Below, one piece after another: positions 56,208 through 64,000 of a stretch of DNA of 64,000 bases; position 1 is the stretch's first letter, and the number at the start of each line of letters is the position of its first letter. The stretch is taken from positions 100,950-164,949 of the forward strand of contig JAUQPH010000002.1 of the NCBI GenBank assembly GCA_030550455.1, read 5' to 3'. The notes beneath the pieces were generated by a model. That model worked only from the letters and a program-made list of their open reading frames with translations. It searched no databases and was not told the origin of the DNA. The DNA is from Thermoproteota archaeon. Lineage in GTDB: Archaea > Thermoproteota > Thermoprotei_A > Sulfolobales > NBVN01. The position numbers and the translations under genes are program-made.

Positions 56208-58013
56208 TTGGTGAACGTATTGGTTATTCGCTTAGAGGAGTACGACCCCTTGTGGCTGGAGGTTAGGCGCTTTTTCAGCGTTAGGTCAGCTAAGTCTCCT
56301 CAAGCATCTAAAGTCAGTAGTTTCGCTATCTATTTGTCGGATGTAACAGGTGTTGACTTGCCTTGGATTTGGAGTGACGATTCAATTGAACCCCTCTTTC
56401 CCTTTGACGAGAGAGTGGGTAGCTTAGTCGTTAGTAAGGGTGGTGACGTAGCCTTCCTATGGGATATTGGGGGAAACGAAAAGTGGGTTCTCGATATCTA
56501 CTCGATGAGAAGAGGCTCTATAAGGCATGTTCATGGTGATGGCAGGAGTGTAATAACTAACTTAGGAGCTTGGGACGAGCTGGGCAAGAGTCTCTGCTTT
56601 ACATCTACAGAGAGAAACGGTGTAGACTTCGATCTCTACGTATACAACGAAGATTTTGGTGTAAGACTAGTAGCAGAGCTTGAAGGTACTAATAGCTGTA
56701 GCTCATGGATCGGAGAGGATAGGGTACTAGTAGTACACATGAACACTAACCTCGATAGCGACATCTACTTAGTTAGTACACATAGTGGAGAAGTCCGAAA
56801 TCTAACTAAGCACTATGGTGAAGCTAGAAACACTAACCCGAGAGTGATCGACGACAAGAGGTTCTTCTTCTTAACAAACGAGGGGCAAGAGTACGTCAAT
56901 ATAGCTCTCTACGACCTCGAGAAGATGGAGTGGAGATACGTGTACAAGGCAGACCATGACATCGAGGACCTAGACCTATCGCCGAGCGGAGAATCTTTAG
57001 TTTTCACAGAGAACTACGAAGGCTACTCTAGAGCCTATATAGCAAGTTCCGACTTTAGTAGAGTCGAGCTATTAAGTTCTCCCGAGGGCGTCATAGGTAC
57101 AGTCTCGTGGGGGTCTGCCGGGATATTTTACGATGTCTCCGGACCTAGATTAGGTCACGAGCTATTTGTTGTAGCTAGGAAGGAGCCCGCAAGGAGGGTA
57201 ACGAAGTCTCCAACGTTTAGTGCGAGAGTTGAAGAAGGTGTTGCTCCCCAGGCTATCCACTACGAGAGCTGGGACGGGATGAGAATTCCAGCTCTCTTGT
57301 ATAGACCCAAGGTTGGGAGACCCCCCTATCCAGCTGTTGTGGTACTACACGGTGGTCCGGAGGGTCAAGCTAGACCGAGCTTTGATCCCCTTATCCAGGT
57401 GTTAGTAAGGTTAGGATACCTAGTTCTCGCACCTAACTTCAGAGGGTCTGCTGGCTATGGTAAGACCTTCATACACCTCGACGACAGAGAGAAGAGGCTT
57501 GACTCCCTAAAGGACATCGGGGCTCTCGTAGATTGGGCTGAGAGAGAGGGTTTAGTAGTAAAGGGGCGGATAGCTGTAACTGGAGCTTCCTATGGAGGCT
57601 ACGCAACACTCATGAGTATGGTCCTCTTCCCCGATTACTGGAGCTGTGGTGTAGAGAGAGTGGGGATAGTGAACCTAGTAACTTTCATTAAGAACACCGG
57701 GCCTTGGAGGAGGAAGTATAGAGCGTATGAGTACGGAGACCCAGAGACTATGGCTGACGTAATGCTTCAGCTAAGCCCCATATCGCATATCGAGAAGATG
57801 AAGGCACCTCTAATGGTAGTACACGGAGAGAACGACCCGAGGGTGCCGATAAGTGAGGCAGAGCAACTAGTGGAAGCTATGAAGAAGCTGGGAAGGGAGG
57901 TAGAGTTCATAAGAATAGGAGACGAAGGACATGGAGTAGCTAGAGTCAGAAATAGAGTTACTGTCTTCACACGCATCGTTAGGTTCATAGTGAAGCACAC
58001 ACCAGTCGAGTAG
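56208..58013 (+). CDS. S9-family serine peptidase (prolyl oligopeptidase / acylaminoacyl-peptidase type)
   Basis: 601 aa; N-terminal beta-propeller region, C-terminal alpha/beta hydrolase with nucleophile elbow GASYGGY, HGENDPRV and a C-terminal His. Confidence 0.9.
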   Translation: MVNVLVIRLEEYDPLWLEVRRFFSVRSAKSPQASKVSSFAIYLSDVTGVDLPWIWSDDSIEPLFPFDERVGSLVVSKGGDVAFLWDIGGNEKWVLDIYSMRRGSIRHVHGDGRSVITNLGAWDELGKSLCFTSTERNGVDFDLYVYNEDFGVRLVAELEGTNSCSSWIGEDRVLVVHMNTNLDSDIYLVSTHSGEVRNLTKHYGEARNTNPRVIDDKRFFFLTNEGQEYVNIALYDLEKMEWRYVYKADHDIEDLDLSPSGESLVFTENYEGYSRAYIASSDFSRVELLSSPEGVIGTVSWGSAGIFYDVSGPRLGHELFVVARKEPARRVTKSPTFSARVEEGVAPQAIHYESWDGMRIPALLYRPKVGRPPYPAVVVLHGGPEGQARPSFDPLIQVLVRLGYLVLAPNFRGSAGYGKTFIHLDDREKRLDSLKDIGALVDWAEREGLVVKGRIAVTGASYGGYATLMSMVLFPDYWSCGVERVGIVNLVTFIKNTGPWRRKYRAYEYGDPETMADVMLQLSPISHIEKMKAPLMVVHGENDPRVPISEAEQLVEAMKKLGREVEFIRIGDEGHGVARVRNRVTVFTRIVRFIVKHTPVE

Positions 58014-58147
58014 GGATTACCACAGAGACCACTAAAGCGTTTTCAGAGCAACCTACTGTGTATACACATAGCTACAGCTGTGTGTACAAGTTTAGACAGA
58101 TCCCTTAAATACTTACTGGTCGAGAATGGTGTTGAGGGTAAAACCAC

Positions 58148-61100
58148 ATGAGTCCCAAGTCAATAGGCTCAATCTTAATACTATCAGTAATACTAGCCAG
58201 TCTACTACCACCAGTAGCTAACATAGTTACAGCGCAGATATCTCCCGGCAGGATAGTGGAGATTAAGACAGCAAAGATATACCCAGGAGAGCCAGTGGTA
58301 GTATCGATAGAAGTCTACATGGCTACTACCTACACCGTGAAGCTCTGCCCAGATCTTGCCTGTTCTGAAGTGTGGAGTTGGGTATCTAGGTACGCATCCG
58401 TTCCCGGAGTATACGATGTCATACTGACACTACCCGAATCCCTCCCCGGCGCTACTGACACTAATGGTGATGGACTAATAGACCTCTATGTAGTCCTAGA
58501 GATATGGGGCACTCTTGCCGATCATGAAGAGACAGTGGTGTACCCGAAGGTAGTCGTAACTCCACCATCAACTACCGTAGTCGTTCCGACGGCTACAAGC
58601 CCCTACTACACTCCTGTAACCGTTACCGTCAGGTTCTTGGGCTACTTACCAGGAGACACTGTGAGCAATATAAAGGTTGAAGGTCCTCTAACAGGTACTT
58701 ACCCCATTACTCCAGTAACCATAGGAACTGATGGGACTGGAAGCACCTCGATCAACTTACTTACTTTAACTGGGTCTGGTCTTCCGAGAGGTACCTACAA
58801 GGTAACTGGAATACCAGTAGCTACTGACATAACTGACGTGAAGCCAGGGTCACTAGAGGTAAGACCGCAGGTAATCGTAACTCCGTTCGAAAGTAATGGA
58901 AGATGTGATGCGGCAGTATGCGAGCTAACGGCCATCACTATAACTGGTTACGGGTTCGACCCGAACGTTAGGATACTCAAGGTAGAGTTCTTCAACATAA
59001 ACTTTACTAACGTAAAGTACACCTTCACTCCACCAACGACGTTTACGACTAACGAATTCGGCTACTTCACTAAGACCAACCTCAAGGACTGGACACCAGC
59101 TAAGAAAGGATTCAACATGACTGCGGGACTGTACATACCCATAGTCTACGAAGCCCCCATTCCCAAGACATTCACTAACACCAGCACGATAGCACTTAGA
59201 ACTAAGGGAACAGTCATAATAAGTGAGTCAGTCCTAGTTGGAGCACTAGGCACTAGAGCATCAGTAAGAGCTACGTCTTACGTAGACGCTAAGCTAGACT
59301 ACGTCCTCAAGCAGTCGAGGATGTCCTACGTCCTCACGGAGGTACTCAGAATAAACATATCCTACGGAGGAAAGCTCTACCAGCTAGCAGCTAACCTAGT
59401 AGATGGTAATGTAAAATTCGCTCTCTACAACATAACTACAGTACCCTTCGTCAAAATGTTCGATACGACCATAACTCCCACCTACAATGCGACTCTAGGT
59501 GCATACCAGGCTGACCTATCCTTTAACATAACGCCCACAGCGTATTACGAAGGTAGGCCACCGACACCAGGTGCTTATAGGTACTGGGCAACGTTCTACA
59601 GCTACCCGAACCAGATACTTCTACTACTGAGGGAGTGGAGCCTAGTAGTAACGAAGGCCAACCTATCCGTTACCTACACGAATAAGGACACTGGGACCAC
59701 GGTCAGCAGGTTCTATGAGTACCCAACCAACATGTCTGTTACAGACTACATAATCAAAATACCGACACTGAAGTTCACGGATGCCGGTATAGATTGGTCG
59801 GTCGACTGGAGCTACGATGTCGGAACTACAACCGCAACACTTAAAGTGACAGCAGCACCAGTTACCGGACCATCCTTCGAGTTCAGAAACGTCTACTACC
59901 TAGTGAGACCACTACTCATACTGCTAACATCTGGAGTTATATACCCTGGCATGACTGTCACTATGGCTGCCTATGGCTACGGTCCGGGTGCTGCCTGGGG
60001 TTACCCAGAATACAACACTCTATATGTATACTGGGAGAAGATACTGTTACTAGGTACGTTTACCCTAGGTAAGGACGGCAACTTAACGTTTAAAGTCAAG
60101 ATACCCGAGGACGCTACTTTCGGTGTACACTACATATGGGGAGTCGATAAGTGGGGCTACGAGTACACTCTAGCTATAATCGTTGGAGCTAAGGCCTACT
60201 GGTACACAGGGAAGACGGTGCCGGAAGTCTGGGCAGGCTACAACGATAAGAGAGTCGAGGTATGTCCATGCCCGGAGAGCCTCGGTGTTGCCGGGGTTAA
60301 GTACTGTGCTCAGTGTGCTGTATACACAGCTAAGTGCGACTACTTAGGTGACGTAATAAAGGTCGTAGTAGCCGGTCTATCGCCCGGTGAGACGATAAGA
60401 GTGTACTTTGGAGGGAGGCTAATGCTGACAGCAAGAGTAAACAAGAGCACTGAGGAAGTGTCCTTCGTTGTTCCCTCAGTACCTGAGGGAACCTACACAA
60501 TAACTGTTGTCGGGACTGCCTCAGGGTCGATAACAGTAACAGACTTCTTCAACACAACCAAGTTGGTAACGGCATCACCTAAGGTAGTGCCGAAGGTGTT
60601 AATACTAGACCTGAACAAAGATGTGGTGCCGGTGTTAGTTGGTTCAGGATTCGTTAGAGTGATCGGCTCAGGATTCCCAGCAGGAATAGCTATGTACGCT
60701 GTACTCTTCAACGGCACTGACGCAGCATACACTCTAAACGCTCACGTAACTAGGTGGCTTGCGGACGCTAGGGGCATACTAACATCACCATTTACTGACG
60801 TACTAGGTATCTACGTACCTGTAGTTGAACCTGGTGCTTACGCCATTAGTCTTGCGTACTCACTACCCGATGGAACCGTTAAGGTTGCGAAAGCTGGTTA
60901 CGTATTCGTAGTAAACAACATCAGCATACTATTGACGAAGGCGGAACTCGATAAAGCAACAGCCACTTTAAGCTCGAAGATAGATGCCGTGTCGACTGCG
61001 CTAAGCAGTGCTGTAGCACTACTGACCTCTAAGATCGATGCCGCAGTAACTGAGCTACGGTCTAGAATAGATGCTTCAACAGGCACTATAACCTCGAGGA

Positions 61101-61711
61101 TAGACAGTTCGACAGCCGCACTATCCTCTAAGATCGATGCCGCAGTAGCCGATATCAAGACTAAGATAGATGCTTCAACAGCAGACCTCAAGGCAGCTAT
61201 AGACAGTGTTTCTAAAGCTCTCAGTACTGCTGTAACAACGATAACCTCTAAGGTCGACGCAGTCAGCGGTAAAGTAGACACTGTCAGTAGTAAAGTAGAT
61301 ACAGTTAGCAGTAAGGTAGATGCTGTAGCAGGAACCCTAAAGACGGTATCAGATGCTTTAAGTAGCGTAGCCAAAGACGTCTCAGAAGTTAAGACCAGTG
61401 TAGACACCATTAAGACTGATGTAACAGACATCAAGGGAGTCAAAACAGACATAGCGGCTCTGAAGACCGACTTAGCTGGAGTGAAGTCCGACGTCGCAGG
61501 ACTTAAGACCGACCTCACTGCCGTCAGATCTGATGTAGCGACAGTTAGGTCAGACGTAGCTGGAGTGAAGTCCGACGTCGCAGCCATTCCCGGAAGAATA
61601 GATGGAGCAACTATGGCATCCTACATAGCTGTCGTGTTCGCACTACTAGCGTTTATAATGGCTACACTAGCGTTTATAACTATAAGAAAAGTAACTGGAG
61701 CACCCAAATAA
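58148..61711 (+). CDS. large surface (S-layer-type) glycoprotein with coiled-coil stalk and C-terminal membrane anchor
   Basis: 1187 aa; signal peptide, T/V/Y-rich beta-type domains with many N-x-S/T sequons, about 220 aa of hendecad/heptad repeats, a C-terminal TM helix (MASYIAVVFALLAFIMATLAFITI) and a basic tail. Confidence 0.75.
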   Translation: MSPKSIGSILILSVILASLLPPVANIVTAQISPGRIVEIKTAKIYPGEPVVVSIEVYMATTYTVKLCPDLACSEVWSWVSRYASVPGVYDVILTLPESLPGATDTNGDGLIDLYVVLEIWGTLADHEETVVYPKVVVTPPSTTVVVPTATSPYYTPVTVTVRFLGYLPGDTVSNIKVEGPLTGTYPITPVTIGTDGTGSTSINLLTLTGSGLPRGTYKVTGIPVATDITDVKPGSLEVRPQVIVTPFESNGRCDAAVCELTAITITGYGFDPNVRILKVEFFNINFTNVKYTFTPPTTFTTNEFGYFTKTNLKDWTPAKKGFNMTAGLYIPIVYEAPIPKTFTNTSTIALRTKGTVIISESVLVGALGTRASVRATSYVDAKLDYVLKQSRMSYVLTEVLRINISYGGKLYQLAANLVDGNVKFALYNITTVPFVKMFDTTITPTYNATLGAYQADLSFNITPTAYYEGRPPTPGAYRYWATFYSYPNQILLLLREWSLVVTKANLSVTYTNKDTGTTVSRFYEYPTNMSVTDYIIKIPTLKFTDAGIDWSVDWSYDVGTTTATLKVTAAPVTGPSFEFRNVYYLVRPLLILLTSGVIYPGMTVTMAAYGYGPGAAWGYPEYNTLYVYWEKILLLGTFTLGKDGNLTFKVKIPEDATFGVHYIWGVDKWGYEYTLAIIVGAKAYWYTGKTVPEVWAGYNDKRVEVCPCPESLGVAGVKYCAQCAVYTAKCDYLGDVIKVVVAGLSPGETIRVYFGGRLMLTARVNKSTEEVSFVVPSVPEGTYTITVVGTASGSITVTDFFNTTKLVTASPKVVPKVLILDLNKDVVPVLVGSGFVRVIGSGFPAGIAMYAVLFNGTDAAYTLNAHVTRWLADARGILTSPFTDVLGIYVPVVEPGAYAISLAYSLPDGTVKVAKAGYVFVVNNISILLTKAELDKATATLSSKIDAVSTALSSAVALLTSKIDAAVTELRSRIDASTGTITSRIDSSTAALSSKIDAAVADIKTKIDASTADLKAAIDSVSKALSTAVTTITSKVDAVSGKVDTVSSKVDTVSSKVDAVAGTLKTVSDALSSVAKDVSEVKTSVDTIKTDVTDIKGVKTDIAALKTDLAGVKSDVAGLKTDLTAVRSDVATVRSDVAGVKSDVAAIPGRIDGATMASYIAVVFALLAFIMATLAFITIRKVTGAPK
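60931..61590 (+). repeat. in-frame coiled-coil repeat region of the surface protein (99-, 84- and 21-nt DNA periodicities)
   Basis: TCTAAGATCGATGCCGCAGTA recurs at 61028 and 61127 (99 nt = 3 hendecads). TAGCTGGAGTGAAGTCCGACGTCGCAG recurs at 61473 and 61557 (84 nt = 4 heptads). Three 21-nt units (AAAGTAGA[CT]AC.GT.AG.AGT) lie at about 61269-61331. Confidence 0.85.
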
Positions 61712-61734
61712 AGAAACTCAACACAAACTAACTA

Positions 61735-61764
61735 CCTTTTTCCTTTTCTTCTTCCTTCCTTCTT
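61735..61764 (+). terminator. 30-nt polypyrimidine/T-rich tract downstream of the surface-protein gene (likely archaeal terminator)
   Basis: CCTTTTTCCTTTTCTTCTTCCTTCCTTCTT, uninterrupted C/T with several T runs, starting 24 nt after the stop. Confidence 0.4.
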
Positions 61765-61861
61765 AAAGCTTCTGAATACACCATGTTGCTAAGCTAGCTT
61801 AAGGTCGGTAACACTTTACCAGTTTGCGAGTTGAAAAAACTGCGTGTAGCACTAAGCTCTT

Positions 61862-62545
61862 TTGCTCACACACTCTTATCTCCTGGTGCCGATCACGGTC
61901 AGGGTATACACCTTTAGGAAGGTCTCGCCGCTGTCGGGAGCTGGAAGTAAAGATGTTTTTAGTTATATAGAGCCTGGAGTAGACGGAATAGTGCTCGAAG
62001 TATGCTCTACTATAGATAGAGTACCTATAGTCTGCCCGACTGGAGAATTGAGTGAGACAAGTAAAGCTAGTGCTGAACTCGCTCAAATAGCTGAAGCACT
62101 TAGGATCGAGAATGTTCTGAAGAGCTCGCAAATCGAGCTACTCTTTTGGGTTAGAGACCCGCAAGTCGTAGATACCGTTGCTCAAGCCATCGAGAACGCA
62201 GGAGCTGTTAACAGAGCCTACGTAGTGCTAGAAGACTTACTCCACGTTAGAGTGATAAGAAGCAAGTCAAGTAAAGTTAAAGCGATCCTCAAATTAGCAA
62301 ACCCGTTTCCTAACGTCTCCCTACTAGCTAAAGAGGGAGTGAACGCACTTGCGCTTCCAGCGTCTGTATTGAGACCGAGAGTCGTTAGGGAGTGTTCAAG
62401 TAAGGGGGTGGCTGTAGTTGCCTGGCTAGTGAACGACGTATCTCAAGCCGTTAGAGCTGTAAGGTATGGTGTGGAGCTGATAGTTACCTCTAGGTCGAAC
62501 TTAAAGAAGGAACTGCTGCAGTACCTAGGGGACTTAATAACATAG
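61862..62545 (+). CDS. glycerophosphodiester phosphodiesterase-family protein
   Basis: C-terminal VVAWLVNDVSQAVRAVRYGVELIVTS resembles the GDPD W-T-V-N...G-V-D-G-I-x-T-D end. The N-terminal part is poorly conserved, the start is uncertain, and an antisense ORF overlaps it. Confidence 0.45.
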   Translation: MLTHSYLLVPITVRVYTFRKVSPLSGAGSKDVFSYIEPGVDGIVLEVCSTIDRVPIVCPTGELSETSKASAELAQIAEALRIENVLKSSQIELLFWVRDPQVVDTVAQAIENAGAVNRAYVVLEDLLHVRVIRSKSSKVKAILKLANPFPNVSLLAKEGVNALALPASVLRPRVVRECSSKGVAVVAWLVNDVSQAVRAVRYGVELIVTSRSNLKKELLQYLGDLIT

Positions 62546-62678
62546 TTAGCTCCATTGTTTCGGTAGAGTCCGACTAAATGAAGGCCTCGGGTAGTCTCGC
62601 GAGGATGCTCTCACCACCATAACGCAGTTTAAGTTGAGCACGTAAAGACTCCTAAGGTTCGCAGAGCCAGACCTAGCA

Positions 62679-63377
62679 CTAAGGCTTTAGGTACTTCGAT
62701 ACTTCGTGAGAAGCCTCCTCAACATCTTTGATCGTGTCTATCGACCTCCAGTAGTATCCTCTAAACACTCTACCGACGAGCCTTCCTTCCGCAGCTAACT
62801 TTGGGAACGTGTCTCGCTCTATGTCTCCCCTAGAGGGTAGATACTCGAAGATCTCTGGCTTCATGACGTATATGCCTGCGTTAATCAAGTATTCCTCTAG
62901 AACAGGTTTCTCCCTAAATGATATCACTCTACCCGATCTATCTAGTTCGACTATACCGTACGGAGACCTCAGTGGGACGAGCGCTATAGCGGCCACGGCG
63001 TCGCGAAGGCCATTTAAGTACTCAACTAGCTCTTCTACTGGGATGTTAGTTATTATGTCTCCATTAACAGCTATAAAGGTCTCATTACCAATCAAGCTCT
63101 CGGCGTTCTTTATAGCCCCACCAGTCCCAAGAGGCTCGTCCTCGATGACATATGCTACGTGAACACCGAACTTTGAGCCAGAGCCAAGGAAGTCTATCAG
63201 CTTCTCCCTGTAGTATCCGGCGAGAATGATGAAGCTGTTAACACCACACCGTCTTAACCACTCAATTTGCCACTCGATGATAGGCTTTCCTGCGACTTCA
63301 ACTAGGGGCTTAGGTCTATCTTCAGTAAGAGGCCTTAACCTCTTACCAAGTCCTCCGGCAATAATTGCGGCCTTCAT
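62679..63377 (-). CDS. sugar-1-phosphate nucleotidylyltransferase (glucose-1-P thymidylyl/uridylyl- or mannose-1-P guanylyltransferase-like)
   Basis: 232 aa; N-terminal AAIIAGGLGKRLRPLT, EDEPLGTGGA. Confidence 0.85.
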   Translation of the reverse strand: MKAAIIAGGLGKRLRPLTEDRPKPLVEVAGKPIIEWQIEWLRRCGVNSFIILAGYYREKLIDFLGSGSKFGVHVAYVIEDEPLGTGGAIKNAESLIGNETFIAVNGDIITNIPVEELVEYLNGLRDAVAAIALVPLRSPYGIVELDRSGRVISFREKPVLEEYLINAGIYVMKPEIFEYLPSRGDIERDTFPKLAAEGRLVGRVFRGYYWRSIDTIKDVEEASHEVSKYLKP

Positions 63378-63534
63378 GTAGGTCCCAAGAAGAAGTACGT
63401 AGGTTAAAAAATCCTTATGAAACGTTAACCTGTGGCCAGTTTCTTCCGATCGGAACTTTCTAGGTTTTAAGACTGAGGTAGGAACACGGTTACTTGATTT
63501 ATTTTAGCTCTAAGCCCAATATCCTCAGGGGCTC

Positions 63535-64000
63535 GTGCGTGCTTTAAGTGCGGTGTCTCTACTAACCGCAATCTCGATATTTTCTCTAGCTATGCTCATA
63601 GGATTAACTAGTCCAATGCCTTTTGAGAGCGTTGAAGAACAGATTTCAACGCTTGTGAAGCCCGTAGCAAAGTCTGAAGACGTCGTCAGTCGATTGGTAG
63701 GGTTATTAAGCATAATACTCTACAACAACGTCGGAGTAGCAGTTAGGTGTGTTGTATTAGGTTTCACTCTAGTTTACCCACTCTACGTTCTTTACGCAAA
63801 CGGCTACATGCTGGGATCAGTTATAAGCTTCGTAGGGTACGGTTCACTAGCTCTAGTACCTCACGGTATTTTCGAACTCCCAGCCATAATTTACTCCAGC
63901 TATCTCGGAGTTAAGATAGGGTTTTTAACGCTATCATCGCTAACGCTAAGAGTGCTGGGGAAGAGAGTTACTCCCTTTCCTCTAAATCAGTATAGAGAGT
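63535..64000 (+). CDS. SpoIIM/DUF95-family membrane protein (partial, runs off the window end)
   Basis: Not in the ORF track because no stop lies inside the window. Frame opens after the TAA at 63511-63513, with a GTG at 63535. Translation contains ...ILYNNVGVAVRCVVLG...ANGYMLG...LVPHGIFELPAIIYSS, the hallmark PHGIFELPA motif. Confidence 0.65.
   Translation, partial: MRALSAVSLLTAISIFSLAMLIGLTSPMPFESVEEQISTLVKPVAKSEDVVSRLVGLLSIILYNNVGVAVRCVVLGFTLVYPLYVLYANGYMLGSVISFVGYGSLALVPHGIFELPAIIYSSYLGVKIGFLTLSSLTLRVLGKRVTPFPLNQYRE

Noticed and set aside
60898-61587. 229-aa minus-strand ORF inside the surface-protein gene, together with many other antisense ORFs in the track (e.g. 954-1289, 1931-2263, 13709-14050, 17940-18383, 23684-24040, 38589-38939)
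   Set aside because: These are shadow ORFs. They lie wholly within longer ORFs that have clear family motifs, and their translations are Ser/Thr/Leu/Pro-rich and low-complexity. The 60898 ORF is an artefact of the repetitive coiled-coil coding DNA.
62553-62566. ATTGTTTCGG motif identical to the inverted family terminus, in the gap after the GDPD-like gene; similar short hits occur at 16975-16990 (GGTTGTTTTAGTTG)
   Set aside because: Matches of 9-12 nt with no adjoining homologous blocks cannot be distinguished from chance.

Overview
This 64-kb window looks like a chromosomal segment of a hyperthermophilic crenarchaeote, probably Desulfurococcales-like; the species cannot be determined from the sequence. 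It is gene-dense and dominated by information-processing and tRNA-maturation genes: aIF1, TFB, TFE, Rpo8, L7Ae, aIF5A, SRP54, family-B DNA polymerase, GluRS, EndA, Trm56, Pus10, Taw2/Taw3 and a MiaB-like enzyme. Metabolic genes include SufS, FolE, ADP-forming acetyl-CoA synthetase, a GlmS-like protein, MoeA, GGPP synthase, a UbiA prenyltransferase, SAM decarboxylase and HypE. A large surface (S-layer-type) protein carries a coiled-coil stalk. There are five complete tRNA genes (Thr-UGU, Thr-CGU, Met-CAU with intron, Asp-GUC, Val-UAC with intron) and one orphan tRNA 3' half with its own promoter-like box. I found no rRNA, no CRISPR array and no intact transposase. The main unexplained signal is a dispersed family of ORF-free intergenic elements of about 190-310 bp, with at least 8 copies. 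They have conserved termini (TATTGGTTGA ... TCAACCAATA ... ATATGAAAAMCGAAACA). One copy is fused to a truncated IS607-type serine-recombinase (tnpA) pseudogene next to tRNA-Thr. I interpret them as MITE-like derivatives of an IS607/IS605-type element whose retained right-end module could encode a structured, omega-RNA-like RNA; that reading is inference. Secondary observations:
- a GlmS-like protein whose glutaminase nucleophile Cys1 is replaced by Gly
- a hendecad-to-heptad stalk in the surface protein
- an orphan m5C methyltransferase
- several hairpins and short duplications
All protein functions are assigned from motifs recognised by eye in the supplied translations; no database search was run.
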